Notes: generated from the sequence alone by a model not told the origin. Shown: positions 1-10,814, numbered from the stretch's first letter. The stretch is 64,000 bases of DNA from Spirochaetia bacterium (GCA_034520965.1 JAXHMY010000001.1:736001-800000); one strand, 5' to 3'. A program made the numbers and translations.

Positions 1-1339
1 GCTGCGGCCGCTCCCGCCTAACCTGCGCCAGAGGCACGGCTCCGATTACCGCTCCCACTTCCATCCGCTTGGCCTCGAAACCGGGGTGATAACACTCCCG
101 CACATAGCCGGTGGCAAGTCCAACCTGGTTGCCGTAGGAGCTGTAGCCCCGGGCCGCCTCGCTGGTGATAATACGCTGGGGCAGTTTGCCCGGTCGAGTC
201 TCCGAGAGGGGCCGGCGCGGGTCGCCGCTGCCGGTCAGGCGCATCGCCTGGTACACATAAGCCCGCCCAGACAGAGGGTCGCGGATGGCCCCTCCCAAGC
301 AGGTAGCCGCGCCGCCGAAGGGCTCGATTTCAGTGGGGTGGTTATGAGTCTCGTTCTTGAACATCAGCAGCCAGTCGGCGTCTCCGTCGGCTGTATCGAC
401 CCGTATGTGCAGGCTGGCGGCGTTTACCTCTTCGGAAAGCTCGAGGTCCTCCAGCCTCCCCTCCCGGCGCAACTCCCGCATCCCCGCCAGAGCAAGGTCC
501 ATCAGGGTACACGGCCCGTTGCCGTGGGCCCGGCGAAACAGCTGGTACGTTTCGGCCAGGTGGGGCTGCTGCGGGGCGGCCTCTATTTCAACTGAATCGA
601 TGCTAGTGGTAAAGGTGGTATGACGGCAGTGGTCGGACCGGTGGGTGTCCAACACCCGCAGCTCGGCCATGCTCGGGTCGCGCTGCTCATCCCGGCCAAA
701 GTAGCGCTGCAGCAGCTCCAGGTCGGGCAGCAGCATGGCAAGCCCCAGCCTGAGCTGCAGATGTTCAAGTTCCGGGGGGGACAGCTTTCTAAATCCGGGC
801 AGCTGCTGCACCAACGCCGGTTCTGAAAGGGGGAACTCCAGCACTTCCGGAAGAGCATCGCCGGCTGATCTCGACTCTACCGGGTTGACCAGATAAGTTC
901 GGATAGCCTCCGGGGTTTGGCTTGTTCGCCCAATCCCATAAAAAAGATATACCCGAGCGGTTTTTACCGGGGCGTAGGACCGGTCGAGTACAAGACTGAC
1001 CGCCTGCGAGGCAGCTTCCGCGCGGGCGTCGTATTGGCCGGGCAGGTACTCGACGGCCAGGTGGGCGTCGGCGGAGGGGAGCTCCCGGTTGGCAAACTCG
1101 GTGGCGGAGAATACCCGTTCGGAGGCAGGGTCGGAGAAGACCTGGTCGCGAACCCTGGCGAAGGCTTCGGTGCCGGGGTGATAAAAGTCGTAGCGCTGGA
1201 GGATGCGTACCTTTTCCAGGGCTGTAATGCCCAGGCGGCGGCGGAGGGTGTGCTGCAGGGCCTGAGCCTCGCCGTCGAGACCGGGAAGTTTTTCTACATA
1301 CAGTCGGGTTACTGGCGCCGTTGGAATTGGCTGATCCAC
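1..1339 (-). CDS. purL: Phosphoribosylformylglycinamidine synthase (large fused PurL type), 5' part; runs off the left edge
   Basis: Not in the ORF track (no stop in window). Manual translation from GTG at 1339 (SD GAGGAG at 1345-1350) gives the VEYLPGQYD, SDHCRHTTF, FKNETHNHPTEIEPFGGAATCLGGAIRDPLSGR and YSSYGNQVG motifs. Confidence 0.93.
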   Translation of the reverse strand, partial: MDQPIPTAPVTRLYVEKLPGLDGEAQALQHTLRRRLGITALEKVRILQRYDFYHPGTEAFARVRDQVFSDPASERVFSATEFANRELPSADAHLAVEYLPGQYDARAEAASQAVSLVLDRSYAPVKTARVYLFYGIGRTSQTPEAIRTYLVNPVESRSAGDALPEVLEFPLSEPALVQQLPGFRKLSPPELEHLQLRLGLAMLLPDLELLQRYFGRDEQRDPSMAELRVLDTHRSDHCRHTTFTTSIDSVEIEAAPQQPHLAETYQLFRRAHGNGPCTLMDLALAGMRELRREGRLEDLELSEEVNAASLHIRVDTADGDADWLLMFKNETHNHPTEIEPFGGAATCLGGAIRDPLSGRAYVYQAMRLTGSGDPRRPLSETRPGKLPQRIITSEAARGYSSYGNQVGLATGYVRECYHPGFEAKRMEVGAVIGAVPLAQVRRERPQ

Positions 1340-1591
1340 CTATACTCCTCTTCGCACTCTTCGAGCTGCCTGTGTGAGGCTCCCCGTTGCCGCGTGTGCA
1401 GAATAAAATAACTATGTGATGGATTGTGAATGAGATTGAAAGTAGAATGAGCTTCCATGTAGAACCATTACATATTGGAGTTTACTTGTCAATACCTATA
1501 ATTATTATTCTATTCTGGTCGCTCATTCCGGAACCCTTTCCGGTTGCGATTTCCGGGGTCTTGCCCTTATACTTAAAGAAAAGGAGCTCCC

Positions 1592-2305
1592 ATGACTGAA
1601 ATGTTATACCATAGCGATTCATACCTAAAAGAGTTTCGTGCAGTAGTCACAGATATCGACCAAGAAGCAGGAGCGGTAGCGCTTAATAGAACCACATTCT
1701 TCCCGGGGGGCGGCGGCCAGCTCTGCGATACCGGCCGGCTGAGCTATGCCGGCAGTACGGTACCGGTGCTTTCTGTTTCGCGAAGGGCAGAACAAATACT
1801 GCATCAAATTGATGGGCAGCTGCCGGAAGTCGGCAGTGAAGTACACGGTGAAATTGACTGGGAGCGACGCTACCAGCTGATGCGGACCCACTCGGCTATG
1901 CATGTGCTTTGCGGAGTGGTGTGGCGCGATTACGGTGCCCAGGTCACCGGCGGCAACATGGACCCCCTGAAGGGGCGAATGGATTTCGAATTTGAAAATT
2001 TTTCCGCCGACCTGGTACATGAGATCGAAGGGAAGGTGAATGTCGAAATACAGAACGGCCGCACCATACAGGCGCGCATCCTTCCAAGAGCAGAGGCGGA
2101 ACAGATTCCCGACCTAATTCGCACCAAAATAAATCTCCTGCCGGATACACTGCAGGAGATTCGGATTGTGGAGATCGAAGGGCTGGACCTGCAGGCCGAC
2201 GGAGGTACCCATGTAGCAAATACCAAAGAAATCGGGACCTTCAAAATAGTCGGACACAAAAGCAAGGGAAAAATTAATAAGCGCCTGAAAATCGAACTTG
2301 TGTGA
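1592..2305 (+). CDS. alaX: Alanyl-tRNA editing protein AlaX (AlaX-M type)
   Basis: FPGGGGQLCD, RTHSAMH (HxxxH) and QADGGTHV zinc-editing motifs; SD AAGGAG. Confidence 0.92.
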   Translation: MTEMLYHSDSYLKEFRAVVTDIDQEAGAVALNRTTFFPGGGGQLCDTGRLSYAGSTVPVLSVSRRAEQILHQIDGQLPEVGSEVHGEIDWERRYQLMRTHSAMHVLCGVVWRDYGAQVTGGNMDPLKGRMDFEFENFSADLVHEIEGKVNVEIQNGRTIQARILPRAEAEQIPDLIRTKINLLPDTLQEIRIVEIEGLDLQADGGTHVANTKEIGTFKIVGHKSKGKINKRLKIELV

Positions 2306-2353
2306 AAGTTCGTTCAAGGGCTTGTACAAGGTCGGACAAAGAAAGGAGATAGT

Positions 2354-2704
2354 ATGGATAAGAAGTTTTGCCTATTTGCGTTTAATGGAGAATTGATGTG
2401 TTTTGCCCATGCCCTGCTGAATGCACTGGATTTTAACAGCAAGGGATATGAGGTAAAGCTTGTGCTGGAAGGCAGTGCAACTAAACTGATTGCAGATTTT
2501 GAAAAGGAGGAGGCTCCCTTCAGAAAACTCTACCTGCAATGCATTGAAAAGGGGCTGCTTGACTGCGTCTGCCGAGCCTGTTCCAAGCAAATGGGGACCC
2601 TGGAGCTGGCCCAAAAGAACGGGCTGCCCCTCTGCGACGATATGTCAGGCCACCCCAGTATGGAACGCTATGTTAAGGACGGGTATCACATAATTACATT
2701 TTAA
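2354..2704 (+). CDS. DsrE-like small cytoplasmic protein
   Basis: 116 aa; '[11 protein letters not shown]', 'CVCRACS' and 'GHPSM' typical of DsrE-family proteins; SD AAGGAG. Confidence 0.75.
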   Translation: MDKKFCLFAFNGELMCFAHALLNALDFNSKGYEVKLVLEGSATKLIADFEKEEAPFRKLYLQCIEKGLLDCVCRACSKQMGTLELAQKNGLPLCDDMSGHPSMERYVKDGYHIITF

Positions 2705-5530
2705 AACTGGGAGTGTGAAGCATAACGACGCAAAACATAATGCAGCACCCCACCATGGCGCCAATACTCGGCTTCTACCTTGGAATCGAGGCGGCACAGC
2801 ACCTCAAACTCAATCAAACCACCATTCTCCGAACCGGTCTGCCCCGGCTGCGGCATTTGCCGGGCCGTTACTTTAAGGCTTGTACCGGGCTGCAGAGCTG
2901 CATCAATCCCTTCAATTGTAAACTCCTCAAGGCCGGACAAGCCCAGGCTGTGCCAGGACTCACCGGGCTTAAACTGCAAGGGAAGCACCCCCATGCCTAT
3001 TAAGTTGGAGCGATGTATCCGCTCAAAACTTTCGGCAATTACCGCCTGCACTCCCTAACAGAGCAGTGCCCTTGGCCGCCCAGTCGCGGGATGAGCCGGA
3101 GCCGTATTCCCTGCCGGCCAAAAGTATAAGGGAAACTCCACGGCGGCGGTACTCCCGGGAAGCCTCCCACACCGTAAGCTCCCGCGAATTGGAGCCGCCT
3201 TCTGTCGGAAGCAGCAATGTATAGCCTCCCCGGCGGTCGACCATAAAATTCTTGAGTTTGACATTGGCAAAGGTTCCCCTCATCATCACCTCATGGTTCC
3301 CGCGCCGTGAGCCGTAGGTGTTAAAATCCGCCTCCACAACTCCCTGTTCGCGCAGATAGAGCCCGGCGGGGCTTTCTTCACTGAATTTTCCGGCGGGAGA
3401 AATGTGGTCGGTAGTTACCGAGTCCCCCAACAGCAGCAGAGCCCTGGCCCCCTCAATCGATTTCGGCTTAGAAGGCTCTCGGGAGAGGTTTTTGAAAAAG
3501 GGAGCCTCCCTGATGTAGCTTGAACTTTCATCCCAGGCATATGAAATACCTTGGGGTGCGGCGAGCTGCTGCCACAGTTCATCCCCGGAGTAGACGCCGG
3601 CATAACTTTGCCGAAACAGCTCTGGAGAGATCACCGCCTGCAGGAGCTCCTGCACCTCGGCGGGAGGCGGCCACAGTTCAGGCAGGTACACCGGCTCGCC
3701 ATTGGGGTCGAAGCCGACCGGTTCTTTGGTAATATCAATATCCGCCCTACCGGCGAGAGCGTAGGCAACTACCAAAGGAGGTGAAGCCAGGAAGTTCATA
3801 GACACATCCGGATGAATGCGGGCCTCAAAATTACGGTTCCCCGAAAGCACCGATGCAACCTGTAATTTACGTCGCTTCACCTCTGCATCGATTCTGGGCG
3901 GCAGGTCTCCGCTGTTACCGATACAGGTGGTACAGCCGTAACCCACTACATGAAAGCCGAGGGCTTCCAGATACGGAAGCAGCGCTGTCAGGCGCAGATA
4001 ATCGGTAACCACCCGCGAGCCGGGTGCCAGACTGGTTTTTACCCAGCCCGGTACTTTAAGCCCCAATTCTACCGCCCGTTTCGCCAACAAACCGGCCGCC
4101 ACCATGACCTCGGGGTTTGAGGTATTGGTACAGCTGCTGATTGCCGCAATAACCACAGAGCCGTCGCGTACCCTTTCCAGCCCATCTTCGGCGGTATGGA
4201 TATTAACCCGGTCGGCGACTCCGGGCAACTGCTGCCCCTCATCCTCGGGCCGGCGGCTGGTAGGCGGCCCGTCGGCATCAGCAGATGCGGCGGCTGTAGT
4301 TTTGAGCAGGGCCGCCACTGTGTGCTTTAAGTGGGGGAGGGTAATTCTATCCTGGGGGCGTGCAGGACCGGCCACCGCGGGCTGCACATTACCCAGGTCT
4401 ATTTGAATGACCTTGGTATAACTGATCTGCTCCGTTCCTTTTCGCCAAAGAAGATTCTTCTTTGCATACTCCTCGACAATCTGGACCTGCTCTGCAGACC
4501 GGCCTGTGAGCTGCAGATACTCAAGGGTCCGCTGATCAATCGGAAAGTAGGTAACCGTACAGCCGAACTCCGGTGACATGTTCGAAATCGTCGCCCGGTC
4601 GGGAACACCAAGCTTCGAGACAGCCTCACCGTAAAACTCAACAAATTTTCCAACCACCCCCTCCGCCCGCAGCGTTTCGGTTATATACAGTACCAAATCG
4701 GTGGTGGTGGTTCCCACAGGAAGTTTCCCTCGCAGCTGCACCCCAATTACCTCCGGCAGGGTAAAGTAAAGGGGCTGCCCCAGCATGGCAGCTTCAGCTT
4801 CAATCCCCCCGACTCCCCATCCGAGCACACCCATCCCATTCACCATCGGAGTATGAGAATCGGTTCCTACTAGGGTATCCGGAAAGAGATAAGCGTCGCG
4901 AGCGGTAACTACACTCGAAAGGTATTCAAGGTTTACCTGATGGCAAATTCCCATACCGGGAGGAAGCACTGAAAAATCATTAAATCCAGATTGCGCCCAC
5001 TTAAGCAGTCGGTAGCGCTCTGAGTTGCGCTCATACTCTTTTCCTACATTCGCCCTGAGGGCACGCCGGGTACCGTAATTATCAACTTGGACCGAATGGT
5101 CGATAACCACATCCACCGGAATCAAAGGCTGTATTGTATCGGCGGGCTTGCCCTTCCGCTCCATCTCTGAACGCAGCGAGGCAATATCCACTACCGCCGG
5201 CACTCCCGTGAAGTCCTGCATCAAAATACGTCCGGGCAAAAAGGGAATTTCAACCTGCCCCTGCCTGCGGTCCCAATCAAGAAGGGCCTCGATATGCTGG
5301 GCCTCAAAAAACTGTCCGTCGTAGTGGCGCAGCACATTCTCCAGCAATACACGGATGGAAAAGGGCAGCTGCTCAAGCTTTACCCCTTTTTCACTTTCTA
5401 CACCCGCTATACCCTGCCCACCCGACCCGGGAGCAGCACCCTTAGCGCACACAGCGTGAAGATCCACTAGAGTATATCTGTTTCCGTTGATCTCCATTTT
5501 TGTTTTATACTGAGTTTCATATTCGCCCAT
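2701..5530 (-). CDS. acnA: Aconitate hydratase AcnA (one frameshift near 3053)
   Basis: [38 protein letters not shown] and [13 protein letters not shown]; continues in ORF 2701..3051 ([14 protein letters not shown]). An extra G in a G-run explains the shift. ATG 5530 has SD AAGGAG. Confidence 0.93.
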
Positions 5531-5850
5531 ACCGATACTCCTTGATTTCAGCATATTCCGTCAAAGAACACTTTGCAAACGCAATGCACACAGCTTGCAG
5601 GACTCTTGATAAAAAAACGGGAAAAGAGTTTTAAATATAGTTCTAATTATTTATAATATAATGAATTGCCAAAATAATACTTTTTATATCACACGAAACG
5701 GTGAGAAGAGGTATCGTGAAATTTCATCAGAGAAATTTTATAAACCTATATTATATGCCACAATAATGTAACTAATAACAAATTTAGCTACATAAACGTA
5801 TATTTTATGTTTCCGGCCTACATATATGTAATAAATACTGCCGGTTGCAG

Positions 5851-6174
5851 TTACTCCCGCAGATCCTCGCGAACCGGAGAAAAAATATCCATCACTTTGC
5901 TAGCGGTAATCGCGTGCCCGTAATGGGACACATTCGGGGGAATAACCACCGCCTCACCCAACTGCAGCTCCCGTGGCTCTCCCTCTACGGTAAGCACAAA
6001 ACGTCCTTCCTGCAGCATGGCAATCTGTTCATGGGGATGAGAATGCTCGGGTAAATCGGTCTGCGGATCGAACTCCCAATAGGAAATGGTCATTTTTTCG
6101 CCATGCACAGTGCGCAGCCGAATTCCCTCCCCTTTATCCCGGGCCGGCAATTCACTTAATTTATAATAGTTCAT
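5851..6174 (-). CDS. Cupin domain protein
   Basis: PEHSHPHEQ and IPPNVSH cupin motifs; start moved to ATG 6174 (SD AAGGAGG). Confidence 0.85.
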   Translation of the reverse strand: MNYYKLSELPARDKGEGIRLRTVHGEKMTISYWEFDPQTDLPEHSHPHEQIAMLQEGRFVLTVEGEPRELQLGEAVVIPPNVSHYGHAITASKVMDIFSPVREDLRE

Positions 6175-6207
6175 GCAATCCTCCTTTTTACTCGCATCGG
6201 TCGACAA

Positions 6208-6759
6208 TTAGCGACCATCTTCGTCATTCTGCTCAAGCCACAGCCCCAGAATAAACAGGTAATCCGCAAGTCGATTCAAATACTGTTGAGCCGGTATCAA
6301 TTGGTTCAGGCCGCGTTCACGAATACAGCCTACCATCCAGCGTTCAACCCGCCTGCACACGGCTCTGGCCACGTGAGTATGAGCTGCCTTAAGTGAGTCG
6401 CCGGGCAGCACAAACTTATCCGGAACCTTGCAGTGCTGCATAAGCCGGTATTCACGCTTCTCAAGCTCTTCAATATCCTTCCCGTCTATCTTACGAATCT
6501 TCTCATACTGCTCAGAGCGTTTCGGCACCGCCAGCATTCCGCCAATAACCTGCAGCCGCTCCTGAACAGTTATAATATCCTGAGCCTGCTTTTTTTCTAA
6601 GGACCCACGAACCACCCCTAGCTGAGAGTTTAATTCATCAATACTGCCGAGGGTATGGAAAAGCAGATCGTCCTTCCTCAGTCGCTCTCCATTGGCAAGA
6701 CTAGTTTCGCCTCCGTCACCTCCACGGGTTGTGACTTGAGAAAATTCATATTGCTTCAT
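6208..6759 (-). CDS. pduO: ATP:cob(I)alamin adenosyltransferase (PduO type)
   Basis: TTRGGDGGETSL, GSIDELNSQLG, HVARAVCRRVER and YLNRLADYLF motifs. Confidence 0.92.
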   Translation of the reverse strand: MKQYEFSQVTTRGGDGGETSLANGERLRKDDLLFHTLGSIDELNSQLGVVRGSLEKKQAQDIITVQERLQVIGGMLAVPKRSEQYEKIRKIDGKDIEELEKREYRLMQHCKVPDKFVLPGDSLKAAHTHVARAVCRRVERWMVGCIRERGLNQLIPAQQYLNRLADYLFILGLWLEQNDEDGR

Positions 6760-6854
6760 TCTTATACCTTATCCCATAGTTTTTGATTAAGAAAGCATAA
6801 ATTAAATTTGCTACAAACGCTGATCTGTCATTATGTTTCACCTAGGCGGCGGCC

Positions 6855-6945
6855 ATGACAAACCGGCATGTGAACCCCCACAACAGTTCTATACTAATAG
6901 TAGATGATAATTCACAGAACATGCAACTTGTAAATTCCCATTTAG
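6855..6945 (+). pseudogene. N-terminal fragment of a response-regulator receiver domain
   Basis: MTNRHVNPHNSSILIVDDNSQNMQLVNSHL matches receiver beta1/alpha1 (ILIVDD.. N); resemblance stops where the convergent SBP gene ends. Confidence 0.55.
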
Positions 6946-8060
6946 TGGTCGGATATAGAACCGATTACTTTAAAATCCCCGTCACTTATTTGGCTCACAA
7001 AATAAGGACGCTTTACATCACCATTTTCATCAAAACGCAGGGTACCCATGAGCCCCTCAATTGATCGAATGCTCTGCAGTGCCTCTATTAGGTTTCCATT
7101 ATAATCGGACTTCCGTCGCAATCCTTCCGCTAAAAACAAAACAGATTCATACCCCTGGCCGGCTGCAAACAGCGGCTGATGCCCAAATTGTTCGACATAA
7201 CGGCTTTTAAATGTTTCAAAAGCAGGTCGTGTGCTCGTTCGATTAAAACTTTCGATAAACACCACCCCGTCTACTGCAGCCCCTCCAATTTCCAAAAGAC
7301 GCTGCGTATAAGCCCATCCGGAGGCATACAGCTTCCAGGTCTTTCCATGTTCTCGCTTAGCTTTAGCAAAGGCGGCAGTATCGGCTGCTGATGCAACCAC
7401 GGTTACCGCTGATACATCGTATTCATCTATAAGATCGATAACTCCTCTCCAGTTTACCCCCTCATCAGAAGAAAAATTGAACTGCAGAGGGACTGAGCCT
7501 CCCAGCTCCTTAAAGGAGTTGATAAAAGAAAGCGCATAGGGCAGTGAGTAGGCTTGATTCTTTATATCATACAATACGGCAACCCGTTTTTTCTCAAGCT
7601 GGGTATATGCATAATTCCCCATGACTGCAGCCGACTTGTCTGAGGAGGGATTCAACCTGAAAATACAATCCTGTTTTCCGCTGAGCAGAGGAGAAGAGGC
7701 GGTAGGGCTAATAAGAGGCATTTGGTGGTCCAGGATAAAACTCTCAACACCCACCGTCTGCGAGCTTGTCATGTGTCCTATAATTGACACTACCCCGCTT
7801 TCGATTAGTTGGGCATCAGCTTCAATCGCACCTTTTACGCTATTTTTATCGTTTTCTACAATGAGTTCCAGCTTCCGGCCGTTAATCCCGCCGGACTTAT
7901 TCAGTTTTTCCACCGCCAGCTGCACTCCATTGCGCCCTTGAACCCCTATATCCGAGTAGTTTCCAGTTAACTGGCCGACAAATCCTATTTTGATTGGTTC
8001 CAGTTCACCGCATCCAGCCAGCAGTACGCTTAGGACTAAAGCTCTAACCAGTATATTCAT
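6942..8060 (-). CDS. Branched-chain amino-acid (LivK/Leu-binding)-type ABC substrate-binding lipoprotein
   Basis: Lipobox LLAGC; IKIGFVGQLTG, GGINGRKLELIVEND and GLMGTLRFDENGD motifs. Confidence 0.88.
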   Translation of the reverse strand: MNILVRALVLSVLLAGCGELEPIKIGFVGQLTGNYSDIGVQGRNGVQLAVEKLNKSGGINGRKLELIVENDKNSVKGAIEADAQLIESGVVSIIGHMTSSQTVGVESFILDHQMPLISPTASSPLLSGKQDCIFRLNPSSDKSAAVMGNYAYTQLEKKRVAVLYDIKNQAYSLPYALSFINSFKELGGSVPLQFNFSSDEGVNWRGVIDLIDEYDVSAVTVVASAADTAAFAKAKREHGKTWKLYASGWAYTQRLLEIGGAAVDGVVFIESFNRTSTRPAFETFKSRYVEQFGHQPLFAAGQGYESVLFLAEGLRRKSDYNGNLIEALQSIRSIEGLMGTLRFDENGDVKRPYFVSQISDGDFKVIGSISDH

Positions 8061-8146
8061 GGAACCTCTCTTATTAAGGCATGATAGTGATAAGTAACTA
8101 AAAAAAGCAAATTCCTTATCCCCTTGCAGATTTTTCCTGTCCAGGA

Positions 8147-9730
8147 TTAAAAGGGAAACTCTTCCGGCACATCCTCCGTAGGACTTGTCTGCTGCGGCAG
8201 CCGTTCATCCCTGGTTTGATGCCGGCTGTGGGCAACTACAAAAATTGCCTTCGGCAGATCTACCGGGCAGGCATATTCACAGCTGCCGCAGCCGGAGCGA
8301 ATATCATTTTCTGTCTGCGGCTGGGTAAGACCGTTTTTATACGGTACCATTCGCACTGCCTGGGTCGGACAGACCTCTGCACATGCACCGCAATCGGTTC
8401 CATCGGTAAACACTATACAGCGGTCTTGGTCAAATTCAACTGTTCCCATCTGCACACGTTTTTTCTGGGGAATGCTAAGAGGTTCGAGAGCGCCGGTAGG
8501 ACAGATTTGGGTACATCGGTTACACTCCCATTCGCAATAAGCCGTTTTATAATCCATAACCGGTTGCAAAAAGCCGGAGAAGCCTAAGGCAAAAAAAGAG
8601 GGCTGCAGTACATGGGTTGGACAGACCGAGACACAGGTATGACAGGATACACAACGGCGGGTATACCTCCGCTTACTGCGCGACCCCGGCGGCAGCACGG
8701 CAAGTCCAGACGTACCCTGAGCCGAGGAGGCGGGGGCGGATGCAGCCAACGGACGGAGGGAAAAACCAAAACCACCGACAGCGGCGGCACCCAGGGAACC
8801 AGCGGCCACCATAAGCGCTTTTCTCCGCTTCAAATCCGGGTTCCCAGCGGAAGTCGCAGGCTGCCGCTGTGTGTGCTGAGGAAAAGCGCTAAAAGAGAGG
8901 GCATCAAAGGGGCAGCGAACCGTACACTCAAAACACACAATGCATCGATTGTATTCTACCTGCTGCACCGATATATCTATACAACCGGCAGGACAGACAT
9001 GGGCACATACCCCGCACTTTGTGCAAAGCTCCTTATCAAACTCCATTCTCACCAAAGGACGCAGTGACGCCAGTCGCAGTACCGCCCCTGTAGGGCAAAG
9101 CCGGTTACAGTACCAACGGCCGTAGCTGTAGGTAAGCCACACAAAGAGAACAGCAGCTATAAGGGTCATCGCCACCGCAGCTAACTCCCCTCGAAACTGC
9201 ACAGGAGCCCAGAATATATTCACCGTCCTTAAGACCTCAACCACTCCGATACTCACACCTGCCGCCAAGGGAAGCACCAAGTCACGGTATATGCGTCCCC
9301 AAAACGCATAGGGTTCAAGCAGTCCGAACAACAGAGGCAGCCCGATCAGCAGTCCAATCACGGAAACACTCGCGATAGCACCATGCAGCCGGGCCGCAGA
9401 AGGGCCGGTCCGGTATTTTCGATGCCTTTTTTTTCCGGAGATAAAAATTATTATATCCTGTACAATCCCCAGAGGACACAGGACCGAGCAGTACAGGCGT
9501 CCCACCAGCAAGGTAAGCAAGGTCACCGGCAGGAAGCCTGCGGCCAGCCAACCGCCCCCCGAAAAGACCACATTTATAAGTGAGGGAAAAAACTGCAGTC
9601 TGGTCAAGTACTTCAGAATCGAGTTATACAGGGGCTGGGATATGCTAATTGAGACATAAAACAGCAGAAGTATCACGGCCGCCGCAGCGATACGCAGCAG
9701 CTTTGCGGCCTTATAACCTTGCTTAGTCAT
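8147..9730 (-). CDS. Membrane-bound polyferredoxin (NapH/MauN-like TM domain plus NapG/MauM-like 4Fe-4S domain)
   Basis: GRLYCSVLCPLG and GRWYCNRLCPTG motifs, multiple CxxCxxCxxxCP clusters, several TM helices. Confidence 0.88.
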   Translation of the reverse strand: MTKQGYKAAKLLRIAAAAVILLLFYVSISISQPLYNSILKYLTRLQFFPSLINVVFSGGGWLAAGFLPVTLLTLLVGRLYCSVLCPLGIVQDIIIFISGKKRHRKYRTGPSAARLHGAIASVSVIGLLIGLPLLFGLLEPYAFWGRIYRDLVLPLAAGVSIGVVEVLRTVNIFWAPVQFRGELAAVAMTLIAAVLFVWLTYSYGRWYCNRLCPTGAVLRLASLRPLVRMEFDKELCTKCGVCAHVCPAGCIDISVQQVEYNRCIVCFECTVRCPFDALSFSAFPQHTQRQPATSAGNPDLKRRKALMVAAGSLGAAAVGGFGFSLRPLAASAPASSAQGTSGLAVLPPGSRSKRRYTRRCVSCHTCVSVCPTHVLQPSFFALGFSGFLQPVMDYKTAYCEWECNRCTQICPTGALEPLSIPQKKRVQMGTVEFDQDRCIVFTDGTDCGACAEVCPTQAVRMVPYKNGLTQPQTENDIRSGCGSCEYACPVDLPKAIFVVAHSRHQTRDERLPQQTSPTEDVPEEFPF

Positions 9731-10647
9731 ACGCGTATCCGTTTTATCCTCAGACTGTCTAAGTTCTTAGTTCCGATTCCCAGCTCATCAGCGATGTTGA
9801 TATACCTCACCCTCGAGGCTTCGGTTCCCCAGGTAGCTGCAGCCGCAGCATCAACTGCGACAATATCCGGACCGATGATCTGCATCTTTTTCACCGACAG
9901 GGAAGATCGATGCGAACTCCCCCGCGGCCCCCCGCTCGTCATCACCGTATAGGCATCAACCACATTCAGGCTTGGGACCCGCAAAAGTGCGAACTCGGCA
10001 ATGCAGCGGTGCAAATCGTTGGCATGGTAGTACCAGCGGTCCCACACCAGCCCCATAAGGTTCTTTAAAGCACAGGTAATAGTAGTGCTGCCGTGGTGTT
10101 TTAATATGGGCACATTGATGAGCACATCCGCCTCCAGAACCATCTCGTGCACCATCACACTTTTCAGTTTTTTAGCGCCGGGAACCGCTGCTTCCTGAAA
10201 ATACCCCTTGGAGGAACCCGGCACCACCTGCCCTCCCCCCTCCTTAGCGGCCTTTTCAATTTGAGTAGTGCTGTAGGCCAGCTTCCAATTGTCTATGGTA
10301 TGGTCAACCACATACACCTTCGCTGCCCCCGCCTCCACGCAGCGCTGGACAATTCTATTTACAAGGGCCGGTGTCGTGGTTGCACCGCGCTCGGGCTCTA
10401 CATTCCAGGAGGCATTGGGTTTTATCAGCACCACCTGCCCCCTCTTTACAAAGCGACCAAGCCCACCCAGGGCGGCAATTCCAGTATCAAACATGCCTGC
10501 AGGCTCTCCGCCCATCACCGCCGCCATATCGTAAGGTCCGGAGGTCTGCTGCCCATACAAAGAGAATGGATTACCAAGTAGCACCCCTGCCCCAGCAGCC
10601 AGGCTGTACCGGCTAAGGCTCCGCAAAAACTCGCGTCTATCCATCAT
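9727..10647 (-). CDS. Tat-exported DUF362 family protein
   Basis: DRREFLR twin-arginine signal; VLIKPN, INVPILKHH, LKNLMG and DIVAVD motifs; overlaps the next gene by 4 bp. Confidence 0.85.
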   Translation of the reverse strand: MMDRREFLRSLSRYSLAAGAGVLLGNPFSLYGQQTSGPYDMAAVMGGEPAGMFDTGIAALGGLGRFVKRGQVVLIKPNASWNVEPERGATTTPALVNRIVQRCVEAGAAKVYVVDHTIDNWKLAYSTTQIEKAAKEGGGQVVPGSSKGYFQEAAVPGAKKLKSVMVHEMVLEADVLINVPILKHHGSTTITCALKNLMGLVWDRWYYHANDLHRCIAEFALLRVPSLNVVDAYTVMTSGGPRGSSHRSSLSVKKMQIIGPDIVAVDAAAAATWGTEASRVRYINIADELGIGTKNLDSLRIKRIRV

Positions 10648-10814
10648 GCCTCCCTTTTTCTGAAATTCGGATGAACAGCAGGCTCAATTCGTACAAACAG
10701 CACATACTTTCTTCCCATTTATTATTCTACATAACAAGTGGATATGCAAATTACAACAGCAATTCCAACTTTAGATATACACAGCCGGGCCGTGTGTATG
10801 CTATCTTTTCAACC

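Noticed and set aside
86..1411. Plus-strand ORFs 86..595, 357..623, 620..826 and 917..1411
   Set aside because: They are antisense shadows of purL, which occupies the minus strand with clear motifs.
1345..1420. Purine-related riboswitch (ZTP/pfl, PRPP/ykkC, guanine) upstream of purL
   Set aside because: The leader is GC-rich, but I could not find the conserved cores of these families; an Infernal/Rfam scan would be needed.
10757..10775. CAGCAATTCCAAC (and AATTTAGAATTGC at ~52026) as extra ends of the hairpin element
   Set aside because: The matches are too short and lack the hairpin or body, so they cannot be distinguished from chance.
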